Source of the DNA: Chrysomallon squamiferum
Taxonomy: Eukaryota > Animalia > Mollusca
Length of the DNA stretch: 64,000 nt
Reading direction: 5' to 3'
Assembly (NCBI GenBank): GCA_012295275.1
Contig: CM022677.1
Location: forward strand, 23,560,001 to 23,624,000
The notes under the pieces are model-generated. The model was not told the DNA's origin. It was given only the letters and a program-made list of their open reading frames with translations, and made no database searches. The position numbers and the translations under genes are program-made. How positions within the stretch are numbered: position 1 is the first letter of the stretch; every line of letters begins with the position of its first letter. Shown here piece by piece: positions 59,372-64,000 of the stretch.

Positions 59372-59720
59372 CTGTCAGTTTTAAGTTAGCAACATATATT
59401 AATACTACTATTTCTACTACTGCTACTGTTACTAGTATTTCTACTGCTGTTCTACTACTGTCAAAACTAATATACCTAGCCTGTTACCACTATTATTATT
59501 ATCATCATCATCACACCATCTTCATGATTTCCCCATCTTTTGACTAAATCTTATAATAAAGTGAATCAATCAATAAACAAAAATATAATTTTACAAAGTG
59601 AACTATTCTTAATGTTATTGCAATTATTTCTATAGAAAAATAAAACGTAGAAATGTTAATAGAAAGATATAAACATCTCTATCTCCATACACACACACAC
59701 ACACACACATCTCTATCTCC

Positions 59721-59786
<66 letters not shown>

Positions 59787-59818
59787 AACAAACAGAAATG
59801 AAAGTACTTTAGTAATAC

Positions 59819-60004
59819 CTATACATGGTTGTTTTTGACAGAAACTAAGCTTCCTGCTTAATGCTAAGCCTTTACAATATTTTCCACCAAACATTGGTTT
59901 GGGGCTGTCACACGTCCGAACTCTTTCCTTTACGGATGTTCCTATTCCACAGGTCACAGAACAATTTTTTGTGTTATTCAACCAAGCACCCCATCCACCG
60001 TCAA
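59819..60004 (-). CDS. TSP1 exon (gene C), acceptor supplied by a MITE terminus
   Basis: 186 nt phase 1-1, DGGWGAW..CSVTCG, tacaaag / gtatta. Confidence 0.85.
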
Positions 60005-60318
60005 CTTTGTACAAAACAAAACAGAATTGAAAGAAAGACGTGTTTTATTATTTACTAGAAAACACGTCGTTGATAACGTCACTTAAGCGGTTATCACGTA
60101 GTCATTGAAAACTACAACCGTGTGCAGGACGTTCTGGTGTAGCTAGTTACCATTCTGAAGCACAGTTTGTTTTATTGCTCTGGTACTCACAACTGTTCAG
60201 CGCACACTTATAGTTTTGGAATAACCATGTGACAACCGCGCGTGTGATGTTGTTAACTACCCGTTTTCTATTAAATAGTAATACACGTCCTTTTTCAATT
60301 ATTTTGTTTTGTACAAAG
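60005..60318. mobile_element. ~315-bp MITE-like element with ~125-bp imperfect terminal inverted repeats
   Basis: ctttgtacaaaacaaaa..aattgaaa..gacgtgt..tagaaaac..gcggtt.tcac versus reverse complement ending ttttgttttgtacaaag; tca on both flanks. Confidence 0.85.
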
Positions 60319-60430
60319 GTTTCACTGTTTTATTAATATGTTGTTGTTTTTTTCCAATTTTGAAAAACTGCAAACACTGTGTGATCTTAACTGAAAAATG
60401 TTGTTCATGATGATGATGATGATGATAATA

Positions 60431-60495
<65 letters not shown>

Positions 60496-60598
60496 AAGAA
60501 GAAAAGAAAAAATTCCTTATATTATTAAGATATTAATAACGATTCTTCATTTGGACACAATTATTTATATTCTCTGTGGAATAGCACTTATAAAATAA

Positions 60599-60633
<35 letters not shown>

Positions 60634-60710
60634 ATATATAAATAAATAAAAAAAAAATAAAAAGTGAAAAAAATAAATAAAATAAAATAAAAAATAAATA
60701 AATAATTTAC

Positions 60711-60896
60711 TTGGGCATGGTTCTTTTACACATTTCCAAAAATCAGCATGCAGTGATACACCAGTACACCATATTCCACCATCATGTGGTTCAGGATTGT
60801 CGCATTTACGACTTTTTGATTTTCCATAAAATCCTTCGCCACATTTGATATTGCACTCTGTCCCTTCATACCGCCATTGACTCCATCCACCATCCT
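60711..60896 (-). CDS. TSP1 exon (gene C) EDGGWSQWRYEGTECNIKCGEG...CVKEPCP (not in ORF track)
   Basis: 186 nt phase 1-1, six Cys, gtaacag / gtaaat. Confidence 0.92.
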
Positions 60897-61404
60897 CTGT
60901 TACTACCGCTTTAATTTTAAAAAGTAAGTTGTCACAGTCATCGTCCTCATAAAGTTTATTTCAACTTAGTAATTTCATTTTCTTTTTTTTTTTTTTTCTT
61001 TTCTTTTTGTAAGACTTTAAAACACAATATATATATGCTACACAGAACAATGGCCGAACATAGCGTTGTTTTTAATTAATCAGGGGCCACGTTCCCAAAA
61101 ATATCGGATGTTAGATCCTACCCCTAACGTGCACAAACGGAACCGAGTAGCTAAAACTGGAGCAGGAGAGGCTGTCCTCAGAAAAGAAAGACGTGAAGCT
61201 TCTAGATATTTGCAATAAAAGAAATTAGTAACAAAACTGATACAGTCATATCAGTCAGTCGTAAATAATTACCTTAGTTGTCAATAATGCATAGACATCA
61301 GTCAAGAAGATTTATGAAGAAACTGCCAGCGAGAATTTGATATCGTTTTATATAATGACAGCTTCGGGAACTTGGCCCCAGAATTGTAAAAAAATCGACA
61401 TTAC

Positions 61405-61437
61405 CTGAATTACCTCCTACCAGTGATACTAACTTTC
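61405..61437 (-). CDS. Micro-exon 33 nt (G)KLVSLVGGNS
   Basis: gtttcag / gtaatg, phase 1-1. Confidence 0.75.
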
Positions 61438-61490
61438 CTGAAACAATAAAAATAAAAATTATAACATCAACAACAGTAATGATAATCATA

Positions 61491-61552
<62 letters not shown>

Positions 61553-61833
61553 GATAATAATGATGAAGATGAAGATGACGATGATAATAATAATGACAAC
61601 AGCAACCTCAAAAAACAAAAGCAGTAGCAGTAACAAGAAAAAGAAAGAAGAAGAAGAACAAATTATAAATAAATAAATAAATAAATATCAGTGAGCATCA
61701 TCGGTATGATCATAACAATAAAAGCTATATAAAAATTGGAAATTAAATATTAACATAATCTAAGCCTCGTACACTGTATGGATCACGAAAACGTTTCTTT
61801 CTACTTTTGAGAAACCGTAAGTTTTGTCCTTAC

Positions 61834-61866
61834 CTGTATTACCTCGTACAAGTGATTCAGAATGTT
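61834..61866 (-). CDS. Micro-exon 33 nt (E)HSESLVRGNT
   Basis: atttcag / gtaagg, phase 1-1. Confidence 0.75.
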
Positions 61867-61888
61867 CTGAAATTGAATAATAATAAAC

Positions 61889-61942
<54 letters not shown>

Positions 61943-62099
61943 GAAAATACTCTAATGAAAAATAATGACAGAACGATAGTTATACTAAATGTTAATACAT
62001 TTATTTCATCTTGATACGTGTGTATCTATCTATCTATCTATCTATCTAGTAAAATAAATAAATAAATAAATAAGTAATAGTTCGTTACCATGACATTAC

Positions 62100-62285
62100 C
62101 TGGACATGGTTGTTTTTCGCAAGACAGTACCGTCCTGCTAAACGCCGCACCTGTACACGCCTCCCTGCCAGACCGTGGTTTAGGACTGTCGCATGTACGG
62201 CGTCTTTCCTTTACGTATGTTCCAGTTCCGCACGTAACGGAACACTTTGTAATCGTAAACACCCAGTCACTCCATCCACCATCCA
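62100..62285 (-). CDS. TSP1 exon (gene C)
   Basis: 186 nt phase 1-1, DGGWSDW..CSVTCG, ttagcag / gtaatg. Confidence 0.92.
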
Positions 62286-62360
62286 CTGCTAATTCAGATT
62301 ACGTAATATCCTACTCTATTTTTACTACTACTACTAATATAATAATAATAATCATAAGAA

Positions 62361-62395
<35 letters not shown>

Positions 62396-62634
62396 AGAAG
62401 AAGAAGAAGAAGAAAAAAAAAAGAAGAAAAAATTAATTATATTATTAATAACGATTCTTCATTTAGACACAGTTATTTGTATTCTCTGTGGAATAGCACT
62501 TATAAAATAATAAATAATAAATAAATAAACAACAACAATAACAACATTATTAGTAAAGTGGTCGAAAGATATCATCATTCTGTCGTGACATCATTCAGTA
62601 ACTGGTAAATTAAATATTTAACTTTTAACCTTAC

Positions 62635-62667
62635 CTTCAGTATCTGCTACCGGCGACTTGTACATTT
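62635..62667 (-). CDS. Micro-exon 33 nt (E)MYKSPVADTE
   Basis: gtttcag / gtaagg, phase 1-1. Confidence 0.75.
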
Positions 62668-62679
62668 CTGAAACTTTGA

Positions 62680-62770
<91 letters not shown>

Positions 62771-62824
62771 GAAAAATAAATAAATTGCTATCTATGAAAA
62801 CTGATAAATTTCTACAGATCTTAC

Positions 62825-62857
62825 CTGGAATATTTTCTATCTGCTGTTTGGTCTTTC
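62825..62857 (-). CDS. Micro-exon 33 nt KTKQQIENIP
   Basis: atttcag / gtaaga, phase 1-1. Confidence 0.75.
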
Positions 62858-62910
62858 CTGAAATTTTAAAAATAATAATATGAGAACTGTCTCATTGAAA
62901 AAGTAATAAT

Positions 62911-62985
<75 letters not shown>

Positions 62986-63220
62986 AAGAAGAAGAAGAAA
63001 CAGAAGAAACAGAAGACAAAACGGAAGAATAAACAAAAATAAAGAAAATATTATATTCATCACTGTTCTTTAGACATTAATAATAATTAATCTTTATGCG
63101 ACTACATTTGTTTCTAATTCGCTTGGAATCACAATCACAAAATAAATAAATAAATAAACAAACAGACAGACAGACAAACAAACAAAGAACATCATTAACT
63201 GTTCAGCAGTACAGCATTAC

Positions 63221-63406
63221 TTGGACATGGTTCTCTATCACAGTACCAAACTTGAAGGTGAGAGTAAAAACCCGAGCACCATTTTCCACGGTTCCGTGGT
63301 TCAGGATTGTCGCACTGACGCTGTGTTGTGTTCGTAAATGTTCCTAGACCACACGTGACAGAACACGTTGTCGTTGCAGATGTCCAAGAACTCCATCCAC
63401 CATCCT
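63221..63406 (-). CDS. TSP1 exon (gene C) EDGGWSSWTSATTTCSVTCGLG...CDREPCP (not in ORF track)
   Basis: 186 nt phase 1-1, six Cys, tcaacag / gtaatg. Confidence 0.92.
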
Positions 63407-63615
63407 CTGTTGATGTGAGTTTAATTTAAAAAAAATTAAATTCAGATTACATTACTATTATTGTGATTATAATCATTTTATTATCATTATTATTATTATT
63501 AGTAGTAGTAGTAGTAGTAGTAGTAATAGTAGTAGTAGTAACATTAGTAGTAGTAATAGTAAGAGTTGAAGTAATAATAGAAGTCGCATATGTAACTGTC
63601 TGGAAGAGACAGTAA

Positions 63616-63646
<31 letters not shown>

Positions 63647-64000
63647 ATCAATCAATATAATAAAAAGTGATCGTGTAGAAATAATGTTTATTTAAGGTTA
63701 GTTGAAGAGAAAACTTGATTTGTCACAGATGATATATCTATATTCCTTATGCATTGCCAATGATCGTAAATTTTATACATTTAGTAATGAAAATATTAGT
63801 ATTCACGTCATTGTTACTAACTGTAAATATTTTATTTAACGTATTGGGCGATTTCTCATGCTGCGTTTTTAATGTTGATATTTCTCGTTTCGGACATTCT
63901 TTACAGAACCTAGTGTTCTGAGAAACAGCCATTTGTCATGAATACTAATACAAAATAAAAAAAAATGATTACGGGAGATTTATTATATTCACTAATATAT

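Overview
AT-rich, microsatellite-dense animal genomic DNA (mollusc-like by its LINE remnant and repeat style; inference). Almost all ORFs in the supplied track are simple-repeat artefacts. Reading splice signals on the minus strand reveals a tandem cluster of three paralogous genes for single-pass (type I) membrane proteins. They are built from 186-nt thrombospondin type-1 (TSP1/TSR) exons interleaved with dozens of 18-54 nt micro-exons, virtually all symmetric phase 1-1. Gene C (>63406 to ~56.3 kb) has 5 TSP1 exons visible and an uncertain, duplicated TM-like cassette. Gene A (ATG 49932 to stop 17216) has a signal peptide, 5 TSP1 domains, a stalk encoded by ~2.15-kb tandem units of three micro-exons, a TM exon and a tail ending ...AYDNPMSETEKN. 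Gene B (13012 to stop 647; its signal exon probably lies in the 200-N gap at 13035-13234) has 4 stalk units, 1 TSP1 domain, a strongly diverged TM exon and a frameshift-truncated tail. Also present: a lone plus-strand TSP1 exon, several dead exons, an I/Nimb-like LINE remnant, a CR1-like fragment amplified with the tandem units, and two fold-back MITE-like elements, one of which supplies a splice acceptor. All gene models are manual and unconfirmed by transcripts.
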